A DNA stretch of 63,814 bases, filler included, from Choristocarpus tenellus KU-1152 (Eukaryota; Protista; Phaeophyceae), in NCBI GenBank assembly GCA_964200185.2. It is 11 parts of 11 records of this genome, joined end to end, with 100 filler letters (N's around TTAATTAATTAA, not from the genome) between each part and the next. Parts side by side here need not be neighbours in the genome. Positions count along the whole stretch, not along the records: positions 1 to 12,692 come from CAXNAD020001737.1; positions 12,793 to 18,526 come from CAXNAD020009883.1; positions 18,627 to 30,699 come from CAXNAD020001995.1; 8 more parts are not named here. One strand, given 5' to 3'. Position numbers and translations under genes: made by a program. Below, one piece after another: positions 12,283 to 24,900 of this stretch. Numbering within the stretch: the first letter of the stretch is position 1; each line of letters begins with the position of its first letter. A model generated the notes under the pieces. It was not told the origin of the DNA. It saw only the letters and a program-made list of their open reading frames with translations, and did not search any database.

Positions 12283-12692
12283 GTAGGATACTTGTGTGTG
12301 TGTGCGTGTGTGTGTTGTTGAATTCTTGGAACTTTAGGTTGGATGGAATTTGTAACACAGTAATGAACCAGATGTTAGGAGTGTGTCTTGTATCCAAAGC
12401 ATGATGAATGAGCTATTAGACGGCAAGTGCGCTGTCAGGGGTTGTATCTAGTGTAGATAGTGTAGATAGTGTATACTTGGGTTTGTTTGCAATGGACAAG
12501 CCTTGTGTGGCTTGCTGATAAAATTGTGTTGTTGGTGCACCATGCGATGGTTTTTCACACCGTTTCTTTTGACACAGCCAATCAGAAGTGCATTTTAATT
12601 GATCACTTTTGGAAGTGGATTCATGGGGGGAGGGGGGAGGGGGGTACTTGCACCTTGTCTGGGTGTGGACTGATCGAATGATTTTTTTATTT

Positions 12693-12792
12693 NNNNNNNN
12701 NNNNNNNNNNNNNNNNNNNNNNNNNNNNNNNNNNNNTTAATTAATTAANNNNNNNNNNNNNNNNNNNNNNNNNNNNNNNNNNNNNNNNNNNN
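12693..12792. other. Artificial contig linker N44-TTAATTAATTAA-N44; also at 18527-18626, 30700-30799, 36307-36406, 40474-40573, 43599-43698, 48401-48500, 52288-52387, 55895-55994, 60969-61068
   Basis: Ten identical 100-bp blocks with a palindromic six-frame-stop 12-mer embedded in Ns. Confidence 0.97.
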
Positions 12793-12831
12793 CCTCACAA
12801 ACCACCCCCCCCCCCCAAGATACTTTGACCC
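12793..12831 (-). mobile_element. Contig-edge MITE terminus (GGGTCAAAGTATCT-polyG variant)
   Basis: CCCCCCAAGATACTTTGACCC; the same end type occurs at 30656-30699 (+). Confidence 0.55.
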
Positions 12832-13008
12832 TTGCAAACAAATCGTCCTGTGTCACCCACCAAAAACACATAAAGTCAGAGGGATCCTGTACCTCGCTTC
12901 GTTCTACCTAGTGACAACACCTCTGTCTCTCTGCAAGATCTCAGTTGGCCCAAAATGACACTACCCTGTACTCCAGAGTACTTGAAGCACACGTAAGTGT
13001 AGAGCCCA

Positions 13009-13276
13009 GAGCCAAAGTATCTGAGAGGGTACGAATTAATTTTGCCCTGTTTGTCCATTTGAGGCTTGTCTTCACACGTGTTTTTAATGACATATTATCT
13101 GCCCCAAAATCTTTCCGAGTAGGTAAAATGTGTACGTTTTGAAAAGGGAGTGTCCGGAACAAGGGTATTGGCATCCCCTATCAAACATGATGGCCAAAAT
13201 CACATCAAAATTGCAACATTGGATTTTGACCCCCAAATGGACGCGGCCCTATATACCCTCTAAGATACTTTGGCTC
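13009..13276 (-). mobile_element. MITE family A
   Basis: GAGCCAAAGTATCTGAGAGGGTA...TACCCTCTAAGATACTTTGGCTC; flanks CCCA / CCTG. Confidence 0.88.
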
Positions 13277-13345
13277 CCTGCCCCCCTGGCTCCCTTACAC
13301 TTGTGAAACCGTTACACTTAACTCGTATCCCGATCCTGCAAACAG

Positions 13346-14972
13346 GATTCTACCTGGGCAACACTCGCACACGCAGATTCCAGATCCTCAGCGAGGGGGA
13401 GGTCATAACCAAGACGGAGTACTTAGAAAGTGCTGGGCAGTACCTCTGGCTCGAGGAGTTCCCAGTAGACTTCAAGACCACTGAGGTCACTATCCTTGCC
13501 ACCCCCAGCTCGGAACCTGAGGAGTGGTTCAGCCTCACAGAGGTATGTGCAATGGATAGGAGCTGTGTGGGGACAGCAGGATGTTTGTTTTGTGCGCTTG
13601 CCTGGAAGTAGAGTACCGCAGCATGTCAAGTCTTCTTCGTTATAATATTGCACATATCAGGATCGCATAGGTCGTTCTCAAAGCCAGTGCAAGACTCTGA
13701 ACTTTACTCCTTCAGGCAACCGCACGCTGTGGGCAGCCCAACTGCTGTGCAGAAAAAGCACCCAAGAGTGCCAGGCACGAGTCTCTTAACGCTATCCAAT
13801 TCATTTACAACCCCCCTCACGGTTCTATATCACCAACCCATCTTGTTCATTCCAGGTCATCTTCCTCGCACTGGAGGGTGATGAGATTGGCGATACCAGC
13901 AACAGCGCGGTCGTTTCTTCCACGGGGTACGATGCCCGCACCACCAGCGGATGCAATGGTCCCTGTCTTCCTTCCAACACGAGGGTGAGTGACCTATTGA
14001 GACACAGAAGACACAACAATATAGTCCACAACAATGAGTCAAACCAACTGAGAGGTAGGCGGGGTTGCACTCTGCGCATCCCGAGAAAGGGCAAAAACAT
14101 GCCATTTTGTACAATTGCAGGAAGAGCCTTTGCTGAATCGTGGTAAGGGGGGATATCAATTTTGAGTACACTAAATGTGCGCATAAAAAGCAATGAAATG
14201 GAGTGCACTGTACAGGGTGAGAAAAATTGCTTAGAGTGCAATAACGCCCAATCCTGCCTACCTCTCAATTGGCTTGGCTCAATATAGTCTGAGGATTAGG
14301 ATATGGGAAGCCGTATCATCTCCAGCAACGTATGGTCATCAGACAATCAGCCAACCTCACCAACAAGTACTGTATATTCACTCTTGACTGAGAGATCCAA
14401 AAACATCGATCTCCTTGCTCCACTATTGCAGGAGGGAGACTACGATGATGATGTCAGCCGTTGGTCATGCATCAACTCGGGAGCCACTGGGGGTCTGTGC
14501 AGCATCACCTATGATTTCCGCAGCGCAGTCAACCTGAACCTCATCCGCATGTGTGAGTCCAGCTCCATTTCCACAACGGATATATATCAAAATCCCAGGA
14601 CAGCAGTTGAGAGGTCTCTCTAGTTGACTCGCTTGCGTAGTACATAGATACATCAGGTGTGCCATGAGTAGGGGCGGATGAGCTGACAATCTCACCATTG
14701 CTGTTGCATTAATTCAATGGATGCTGCTCCGCACCCTACGCTCTTTTCCCGCACCTCTTGTCTTAGCCTTCTAAAAGGGTGATGAGCGTCAGCGCTCACT
14801 GGAAGTGTCTCTCAATGGAGCATACGACGGCTCCTTCACAAGTGCGGGAGATACCCTGGAGTACGAGAACTATTGGGTCTATGAATCCGGTGTCTCCTCG
14901 GTGACACTCGTTGCCCTGAACCTTGGCACAGAGTGGCTCAGCATTAACAATGTTGACATGTATGTGAGCTGA
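13346..14972 (+). pseudogene. 3' part of a tandem F5/8 type C (CBM32/discoidin-like) domain protein; in-frame TAA suggests a pseudogene or null allele
   Basis: GT-AG exons 13346-13542, 13856-13984, 14432-14552, 14767-14972. Two repeats with xFYLGNTRTRRF / SF*KGDERQRSL and WFSLTEV / WLSINNV, plus YDART..GC...C.PSNTR and SRWSC motifs. TAA at 14772-14774 sits where Tyr of FYKGDER is expected. Terminal TGA 14970-14972. Confidence 0.7.
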
Positions 14973-16174
14973 GCCGTTTTTGGCAGGATCAGTGAACGTG
15001 CTTCTGTACACTGAGTGATGTGCCACCGTGCAGCAGTGAGGTGCCGCCTACACACCACTCTCTCTCCCTCTCCCTCTCTTCTCTCTGAGTGCGCTGTCTG
15101 GTGGGCGTACACTGGGCGCTGAGCGTTTTACTTTGCACTGATCAACATCATAGATCCACAGCCCATCATGCGGGGGCTGCTTCATTGAAAGTGCGGGTGG
15201 TGTTGATTGGGGTTATCTGTCTGCTGGAGCACTGTTTGTGGCCGTTTGTCGTTGCACGACAACTCACAATGAGAGAAGGCAAACGTAGGTAGTGCATGTC
15301 CGATAGAGTGCTCGACTTGGCATGTGGTAGAGATATAGAGACCTGGGGCTCTACAGTCAAACTCGATGATTGACATGGGGCGGGATTTTGATGGGGCGGG
15401 ATACGCATTGCGTGCGATTCAAAAAGTATTTTTGAGTGTATATAATGCGGTGGCTCTATGCAGGTAGAGTTATGTCGTTGGTGTATTCTTGCTTCTGAGA
15501 CAATATAATAATATTTACTGAAATATGTACATCAAACAGACATACGTAACCCCTTCTCCTTGACATTCCACGAGCTTGGGATTTCATGCTGGGGGTAAAC
15601 GAAACAGATTGAGACAATGCAGCGTCAAGAGGGAGGAATGTTCTTAATCCACTCACTTGTGGAGGCGCACACCCCGCCCTATTGTTTCAGCTAAGACCCG
15701 TGGCTAGGTGACATGCAGAACGGGATGAAAACTATAGGGTTGACTGTGTGAGTGAACATGTAGATTGTCTTATATACTTTGATGTATTATTTTTGTGCCC
15801 CCGCAGATACTTTGCAGGCTGTGTTGTCATGGAGTACTGCAGCGCTGTGTGCTGCGGGCTCATTATTGCACTTATAGATGTGCATGGGAGGCACATGATG
15901 CACTGGGTGGAGTGTGGAAAGTAGTTGTCTGCCAGGCAACGACCCATGCGCAGTAGTCCTTGCAATATTTCCTCCCTCCGACACAGCATCTGGAAGATGT
16001 CAGCGGGCATAAAAAGCAGTGCAAAGTAGTATCAACAAAACTAAACACAAGCAAAAACGACGACAACATAGCCTGGATTAATCAGGGAAGTTGATATTAC
16101 GTTACGATTACTTTGTTGAACGAGGTCAAAAATCACTCTTTTTCTTCTTGGCAACAAAGGATGGGGGCGATTTT

Positions 16175-16432
16175 GAGCCAAAGTATCCTAGAGGGTAGAG
16201 CTGCGTCCATTTGTGGGTCAAAATCTAATGTTGTGATTTTGATGTGATTTTGGGCATTGTGTTTGTTAGGAAGTGTCAATATCCATGTTCTGGGCACACT
16301 TTTCATAACTTACACACTTTACCTACTCCGAAACATTTTGGGGTAGGAAAATGTAATAAAAAACCCCAAGGGAAGTCAAGCCCCAAGTGGACAAACAGGG
16401 TAAAATTCGTACCCTCTAAGATGCTTTCACTC
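16175..16432 (+). mobile_element. MITE family A (258 bp)
   Basis: GAGCCAAAGTATCCTAGAGGGTA...TACCCTCTAAGATGCTTTCACTC; perfect TSD TTTT. Confidence 0.9.
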
Positions 16433-16599
16433 TTTTGCACTACCTTTATTCGTTGGCTTCACACTGCTCACGCACAGTATGCGCAAGTAACATACGACCG
16501 CGAGTAGACTTCCCCTGCTCTCGTATCCTTGCGCCTGGTGACTGAAGACTTGATCAATGACCGTGTTCACACACGTAGTATTGAATACTGGTACAATAG

Positions 16600-16850
16600 A
16601 TGGGTTGTAAGTTGTAGCAAGGTCCCTACCATTTCGTTGATGATTAAAGCGTGCCAAGGGTAGCTGCGTACTGTTAGTAGCATGGGTGTGTGTCCATAGG
16701 TAGGGGGGTGCATTGCATTACAACTTGACTGGAAATTTTGAATGTTCTTCCAGGATAGAACGTGCAGCCTGTTGGTCACCCAGCGAAAAATCCGTTTCGA
16801 CAGAACCGTTGCGAGGCAGGTCCTCATGGAAGCGAGTGAACGAGAAGCAT
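16600..16850 (-). mobile_element. Possible decayed PIF/Harbinger-type (DDE_Tnp_4-like) transposase C-terminal fragment
   Basis: Minus strand ASMR...SVE/RIFRWVTNRLHVLSWK...LLT...FNHQ loosely resembles the R..VEW.FG...W..L...LLTN...NQ pattern. Frameshifted. Confidence 0.3.
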
Positions 16851-18456
16851 CACACTGAGCGAGCAGATCATCTTGAATAGGCAACACATCACAGAACAGG
16901 CCTGGAAAAGATGCACACAGGCCTAGAGCAAGGTTCCAGTTGTCGCGATTTATCTCTCTTTCTCTCTCTTCTCGCTCACAGCAAGCATCTCAACAATATC
17001 AGTGAGCAATGATGAACTTCTATGCTTCTTCCGTTCAGTTCATTACAGGATTGCGGAATGAACATTGGACTTGGAGGGAAGTAGAACCTCAAGAGCCTCC
17101 TCTCCCTCCCCTTCGTCCAGAATTGCCATGATGTACATGCGGAAAAATTAAAACGGGTACTCCATACTCCATCTGAAGTCTCGAGGGTTTAACTACGTTT
17201 TTCCTACTAAATACTCCCAACTGCAGACAGAGTAGTTATAGATCACAAAAACAAATAATCCAAAATTAAATGCCGCCATTCATAATCCTGCGTTTGATGT
17301 GTTTGTTGTAAGAAGAGCGATATACGTTGTTTACCGCATGAAATTTTGCACACGCCCAATTGGCTGCATGGCACCTGCTAAATCAGAGACGTGGGAGAGA
17401 AAGAGACCATGACGCTCCCTGGAGTGGGGAATGTAGATCCATTATAGATCAACTCTGCTCTAGACAAGTTATTGGAGATGGTCTACAAAGTGAAGAGATG
17501 GATCCCTGCCTTGACGGAAGTCTGTCGGACCTCACCTTGCCAGGAGCGAAGGGTTTCCAAGTTGGTGCAAGGTGATGACACACGGCAGGCACACGGTGAT
17601 GGTGCAAGTGCCAACTATGCCGTCACTGGACCAGTCGGTAGGCTTGATCATCCACAAATTCGTTGCACCCTGTCTTAAATTTTTTTGATGTCAGGCCTTC
17701 CAACAGGAAGGTGTGGAAATTGACAACAACAACAGTATCAACCGCAACAACAAACAAACAAACAAACAAACAAACAAACAAACAAAAAATAAACTTGAAA
17801 TCACGATATTACGCAAACAAGCAGGAAATATCTGATACGAATGATCAACACAACAACGCATCTTTGAATTCTGGATAACTAAGACGTGCCTTAAGCGATC
17901 TGCACAAACCTCCCTGAATGACAAAAACTGAAGCTACCCCACACCTAGCACACTGCGGATGAAGAAATTCCCAGTAGAGACTCTCTCCAGTAGTAGTACA
18001 CAGTAGTAGTGAAGGACAACAACAGTATAGTATTTGCAAGTTGGCTAGATGAGCCCACTCCAAAGGCCAGTGACCAACGTATCCTCTGTCAAATCGAAAC
18101 TCCAGCCATAGTCCTAACTACCGTGTCAATATCATATTTCTAACCAGCCCAGGAAATTTCAAGGGTGAAGAATAATAGTACACGGTGAAATGTCATGAAC
18201 TCAGTCGTGTTGTTCGAACTTGGTTACATATTGTCCTTGGTGGCTACGGTAATGTTGAACAAGCGATGGCCATGGATTTGGAGATGTTGGAACATTTTAT
18301 GTGTGGCGGGTTTGGTCATCTTTTTTTACAATTGGACTGGCGACATCATGGACATTCCTACAATTTTTTATTGTACCACTCTTCTAGGGTACTGTGTCCT
18401 ATATTTTAAATTTGTACTGTACGTAAGGACTACATATATTACATATAATGATATTT

Positions 18457-18526
18457 GAGCCAAAGTATCTTAGAGGGTAGATCCGCGTCCATTCGAGGAT
18501 CAAAATACAATGTTGTGATTTTGATG
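18457..18526 (+). mobile_element. MITE family A, truncated by contig end
   Basis: GAGCCAAAGTATCTTAGAGGGTAGATCCGCGTCCATT... running into the linker. Confidence 0.85.
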
Positions 18527-18987
18527 NNNNNNNNNNNNNNNNNNNNNNNNNNNNNNNNNNNNNNNNNNNNTTAATTAATTAANNNNNNNNNNNNNNNNNN
18601 NNNNNNNNNNNNNNNNNNNNNNNNNNCCCCTTCCCAAAACACACCCCTCAAAAAAACAAATAGAAAACCCAACGTGTCAAGTGCAAGTAATCTCTGCCCC
18701 CCCCCCCCCTCCTAGATACTTTGGGTTTTTTGTAGGCCATAGCATGAACAGAATAGGACTGTCAGAGGACAAAGATGTGTTCCTACGCTCTTTTGAGCAT
18801 CTAATAGCATAGAGAAGCTCAAAAATTCCCAAGCACGACACGGAAACTGTCAAACCCTGGAAGGTACGAAGGAAGCAAGATATTTCCAACTTTTTCTTGC
18901 CTGTCCTACAATGCTTCTTTGGGCTAGAAGTATTATTTTTGTCACCAGCACCGGTATTTTCTGGGAAATGAACTGTTAATATCTCAC

Positions 18988-21900
18988 CTGAATGACCTTG
19001 GATATGAAACTGGGCATCCGCTGCAGCTGGTCCTCGTCTAGGACCACCTCTATAGCCTCTTGGAGAACGCCATAGTCCACATAGGGTACCTTCACTCCCG
19101 GGAACAGGTCACAGACGATGCCATGGAAGAGGGGTAGATCGTGCTCCAGGAACTGGGAAGGGAGGGCAGCGATCGTGATCACTTGATGGAGGGGAGATGA
19201 CATAATGGATGCTAGGCTAGGGTTCGGGTCAAGAAAGTACAGTGGTGGATGACAATTGTATAGTACCCTCTTTATGCCCAGTGCAATCCTTGACAGCCAC
19301 CTCGCACACCAATTTATAGCATATGGCAAGAGTCTTACTGAGATCAAGAGTTAGGTACCTCGGCTGACAGATGTCTTACATGGAAAAAGTGATGGAACAG
19401 TCGGTGACATCAAACTCCAGACTCAAATTCCACCATAAATAATGGAATTGCAAGCTTTCCATTGAGTTGCGTTCACACAATATCCAAATTGCAGAAGTGA
19501 TAAAAAAAGTTGAATTCTGAAGGCTCTGTGCTCTGTGGAGCAAATGCTTGTCGTGTTTGCCTTGGAATATGTACCACTCTCGAGCCCATGGTTAACAAGA
19601 GACTCAAGGGTCAAATTTGACATGGTGTGTCAATCACTATGTAATGTTTCCCTGTGAGAAACGGCACCCACGACATAATTTTATTTCTCCAATACTCAGT
19701 CAACTAGGTATTGGGCTACTTGAACCCAGGAAATTGTAATGATATATAATCCCAGTTCAGAAAAAGGAAACAAAGACGGCCTATTCACCCTATTCGCTAC
19801 ACCCAAGCACCAACCTACTACGAGAACCCCAATAATGGAACATTCCATTAATTGATATAACGCGCTAATAATTCCAGTAGATGAGAATGGCAGGCAGACA
19901 CCAATGTAATACATCAAATCAAGACACCCTCGATATTTTTGCTGAGCAGCGGCTCTCTTCAATATGCACATCAGAAATTTCAGTCGAGTATTACAATTTG
20001 GTTATTGAAGTAAAAAATACTATCGCATTTCTGGCACTCTGGTACAGACTACGTTTTTTTGGAGGAACAAAAACCGCACAATATCAGAGTGGATATCTAA
20101 ACACAACTTCAACCATGAGCTACCAACACGTGATACTTCTCTATGCATTTGGCGGGCATCCTTCTCTCTATCATCGCACCTAAAATTGCTACAGCATACT
20201 CCAGTGCTAGTTAGTTTATTGACCACCAATTTTATTTTTTTGTTGGAAGGGGATCAGAAACCTAGAGATCTACTGCATAACATATCCCCAGGATCTCACA
20301 GGACCAAGAAGAATACCATACAAACAAAACATGATATATATATATATATATATGTATGTCCTCCACAATGGTGAGAGTACCCTATGCTTGAAAGTACAAG
20401 GCAGGATGAGAGGTGATTGACAGTTGAAGCTCTTTTCTTCATTATTTTCTTGTTGAAATGACATGAGATAGACTGATTTCTTCTTGGGCTTATTAGGCAG
20501 AGACAAGGTTTCATGCATGATCAACCTTGGGAACATTGGAATCACGCATGGCTCGAATAAGAAGTAGGTCTTCATTGGACTCTGGCTCCTTCCGCTTTAG
20601 CTGTCCTGCCGCAACCAGTACCTAAATGAGGTGGAAGGCGGGTCATATGAGGTAAATCGTTAGATCACTGGTGGACTGCCACTCTCTCTGAAAAAATGAA
20701 GATAGGTGGAAAAGCAAACGATAAAGAACAAGGTAGTAGAGAGGAGGGAGGCAAGGGGAAGGAAGTACATGTCAGGGATCATTCTGGGGATTGGCTTAGA
20801 TCAAGATCAATATTGTCCAAGGCAATGGATAGAGGTATTGACAAGTAGAGATTCACACACTCTCTCCACTTCTGAATAGATGTATTGTGTTCTTTATAAG
20901 AGAGTGAAAGTATCTTAGAGGGTATGAGTTTTGCCCTCTTTGTCCATTTGGGGCTTGGCTTCCCTCGGGGTTTTTATGACATTTTCCTACTCCATAATAT
21001 TTCGGAGTAGGTAAAATGTAGATGTTATGAAAAGGTGTGTTTGGAACAAGGATGTTGACACCTCCTAACAAACACGGTAGTCAAAATTACATTGAAATTG
21101 CAACACTGAATTTTGGCCCCCAAATGGACGCAGCTCTACCCTCTAAGATACTTTGGCTCAGAGCATGTAACACAATGTAGGAAAACAAGAAGACACTAGG
21201 CTCTAGCTCAAACCTGGTCACTCCTTCATCTCCAAAAGGGGAAAAAATACTGTTTTCGCGTATTTTGCAATGAGTGAAGTCGAGGGGATATCACACCTTC
21301 CATCGACATTAGAATGCATTTGGAAAACTCTAAATTGATGCTATATTGCGGCAAATATCGCACTCAGGTAGGCTGCTGAGAATGCCTGGTCCTCTACGGA
21401 GCTCATGCATGGTATTATATCTTTGTGGTACATATAGTTTGAGGAGTGAGGTGTGTTTTGAAGCATAAACCTTCAGTCTTATGACTGAGGTTCTGTAAAC
21501 TGGTTCGCTCAATATTCTCTAGAGAGATGTCCGGAGAACATTAAACATTGGTCACAAACTGGTTCATGCCTGACTCACCGATTTCACTGCTCTCATCCCA
21601 AAGTCGTAGTGGTCCTGCTTGGACAGCTGTTCGGACGAGAGGGAGTACAACTGGGCCATCTTATTTGACAATGGAAGAGCATTCGTAAACCCCTCACTAG
21701 TAGGAGGGAGAGACACACAAGAGACAGGGTTCGAGAGAAAGGTTGCAATCACTGGCGTTGGAGGTATGAAACCAGGCGGTTTAGAGGGTGTTGGGTAGTG
21801 CCAAGACCAGGGTGCAATAACATGTTGAGTTTATTTCTGTTGTAATCACCTGAAGAGCACAATCTCTGCAATTAGCCTATAATCGGGCACCATCATAGCA

Positions 21901-24900
21901 ACCGGGCGGAAGAGGGCCTTCAAATTATCCGGAAGCTGATAAGAAGTGATTATTTTGCAAGGAAACCATAGGGCAGGGGATTTTATGTTCAGTAAGGATG
22001 AGTTGATAACCAGCTTTGTACATTATAGAGCCTTGAAGTATGTCGCTAGACAAGGACATTTCTCAAGGGCAAAATCGTCACAAGACACACCAGCAAGAGT
22101 TACAAAAAACAGTCTAGGCAAACGAAAATGTATGGAATTCCTAAAACTATTGGCGATTCACAAGCCATTTTGTGGTAGCTTTGCACATGTGTTGCTTGCA
22201 TATTCACTCTACCTCTGTTCTTCCTGCATAGCCTGGATTCATTGTGATGAACACCCCAAACCCTTGGTTGAGAGGTATGATGTTTCCGTCAAACTCGAAC
22301 GACTTAACATCCTGCACGATTGCTTGCTGGATGGATAAGACTTGCTGAGCAATGACACTCAGCACCTAAAGAAATGAGTTCAGTTGCCAGAATGTTTAAA
22401 TTATGTAAGACAAGGTAGGTGGTTTAGGCTGTGAATGAATGGGAGATTCAATTATGGTAGATGATGGGTTAGAAATATTTCTCTTCTGGGATTTCGTATT
22501 TCAGAAATAATTTGAAACATTATGCTCTCATTGTGTGCTGGTGGTGCGGAAAAGAGCGTTGCGTGTGCGTGTGCGTGTGTCTGTGTCTGTGGGTGCGCGC
22601 GCGCGTGTGTGAGTGAGTATATGCATGTTTACAACATTGCACAGCGTGGTTGGTTATGGAGATATGACAGGATGACATACACAACAGGCAATCCAACAAG
22701 GGACACAAAACGACTTCTACATTCTGAATCTGCTTCAACATTTAATATGATAGTAGTTCTGTATAGATGAATTGATAGTCACAAGCACCATTGCAGGACT
22801 GATGATACATTGCAACCGACCCCATGGCCAGATATTATCACTTTGACCTTGTGCATATCTCTCTTTAAAGCTGCATTGACTATTGAGTTATCCTCCCTGC
22901 TAGTGCAACATTCTACTACTGTGTGTGCAGCCTTATTAGGATTCCGTATATTATGACCGCAAAAGTCCCGAACATACAATGTTATATTGTTGAGACCTCA
23001 TCAAAGAAAACAGAACAGACGTTTATATATGTGAGGAAGAAGACCAGCCAATAACCTCAGCAATACAATATGCATTCGTTCAATCACATCTTCTAACCAC
23101 ACGGCATCATCCAATATACCAAACATCCAACCAAATAAAACCAATAAATTAGTTCATATGCTGCTACAGTTAGGAAGCCCGAAACCCATAGTGCAACTTG
23201 AAATTTCCATATCAAAGTATCAAGTAATAGACTCCACCAGCACACCATCATAGGGCTAGCCTTCACAATCAATCAATCAGTTCCTCATCTCAGAATGTCC
23301 CACTTCACTTCTGGGTGATCTCTCTACTCTTTCTAAACGAACAACCTCAGTAAATCAAGATCCAAGGACACTATATACCCAATGCTAAACTCAAACCTCT
23401 ATGTCGATTCGATTGAACTCGTCAAAACAAGCCCAGGCACCCTGCTGTGCCAGACCGGAGAAGAACCTCCCCATGATCTTGTAGTCCAATCCATCAGAGC
23501 AGTTGAAGACAACACAGTAAACTGCTAGGGCTTTGGCGAGATCCTTCGTTGTTTCCGTCTTGCCTGAGTCCAGGCATGTTTGATCAAATATTAGTCTTCT
23601 TATGTGATGGACAATACTATTTTACGCGGGCACAACCCTCTGCAATCATTCTTTCCCTTCCACGGGCCCCTACTTATGGTTCTCCCTTTTCCTTTCTCAT
23701 CTATGTTCCCTTCCACCCTGCATGTGTCCCTTTCTTCCCCCATAATATGTAAAAATACATCAGCATGTATGCATGCTACTCTCAGCTTACCTGTTCCTGC
23801 TGGGCCAGCAGGAGCACCCCCAAGCCTCATGTGCAGGGCCCCCGTTAGTGTCATATAGCAAACATCCGTGAGAGGAGTGATGACAAGGCGAGGTCCGTTT
23901 CCAAGGTACTCATACCCATAGAGGAAGCGAGTGTTGGTTTGGCGAGCAACAACGTCATCCGCCTCTTCCTGCTCTTACCACCAAACCACGCAAATTGTTT
24001 GCACAGTAATGGAGCCAGTACCCAATTGATGCAGATTTAGGAAATGTTAGAGATGAATGAAAGGCATAAATGAATAGGCAGATTAAGGGAGGGAGCCAAA
24101 GGGAGCCTTCCCACCTCTCGTTTCTTAGGTCATACATGCTTGTTCTCATGAACTATGGATATCATCTTGTGCTTGGGTCACTATGCAATTTTCTCCTCTC
24201 AGAGCGATGCATAGAGGATCACAACAGTAAGCACATTGCTTTCAAGTATTCAACATCAAGAAAACCTCTAGCACTGCCCAGTAGATCCTACCTGCAGGTG
24301 GATCAACAGGGTGCTGACTACAGTACAATGAGAACCAGATTTCTTGATGACAGAAATGAAGGAATTCAATCCTGCAAAATGTAGATATTTCTTAGTGCAA
24401 CACTGCAAAGACCAAGGGAAGTGAGCGCTTATGATTTCTTTGTTTATCCTTACGCATATCTTGATCTCACGCATGCTGCTCGTTCACTCCTATCAGTCCT
24501 GTGAATTAAATTGTGGGCAAACCAAAGGTTTCACGTATTTCGTCGCATACTCTAATTCCTTGGTCTTTTTCCCTTACCTCCCAGTAGTAGCGTAACTGTT
24601 TTGTCCACTCAAAGTCGGTTACTGACCCTATCTTCTTCTTCACCATCATTCTTACAACATCTCGAGCATGTACATCTATTGTGATCAGTGCCCCCATGAG
24701 GGTCCGTTGTTGCCTGAGAAAAGCATGTTGTTGCAAGTGAACTTTGGCATAGGGGATCAAGGTGTAGGGCATTCAAAGACCTGCTTTTGACCCCAAAATT
24801 ACACAAGAGTAACATTTTTCTGTCTTACCGTTTCTCTAGTTCTACTTTTTGTAAGGTCATCTGTGCCAAGTCGCCTCCTAGCACAAAGTTCATTCATCAA

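Noticed and set aside
12693-12792. Recurring palindrome TTAATTAATTAA as a biological motif
   Set aside because: Always centred in identical N blocks; an artificial six-frame-stop linker.
14772-14774. TAA stop-codon reassignment (also suggested by 54780-54782)
   Set aside because: I saw no in-frame TAA in the many conserved exons of dynein, WDR82, p28 or cyclophilin. Isolated nonsense changes or errors are simpler explanations.
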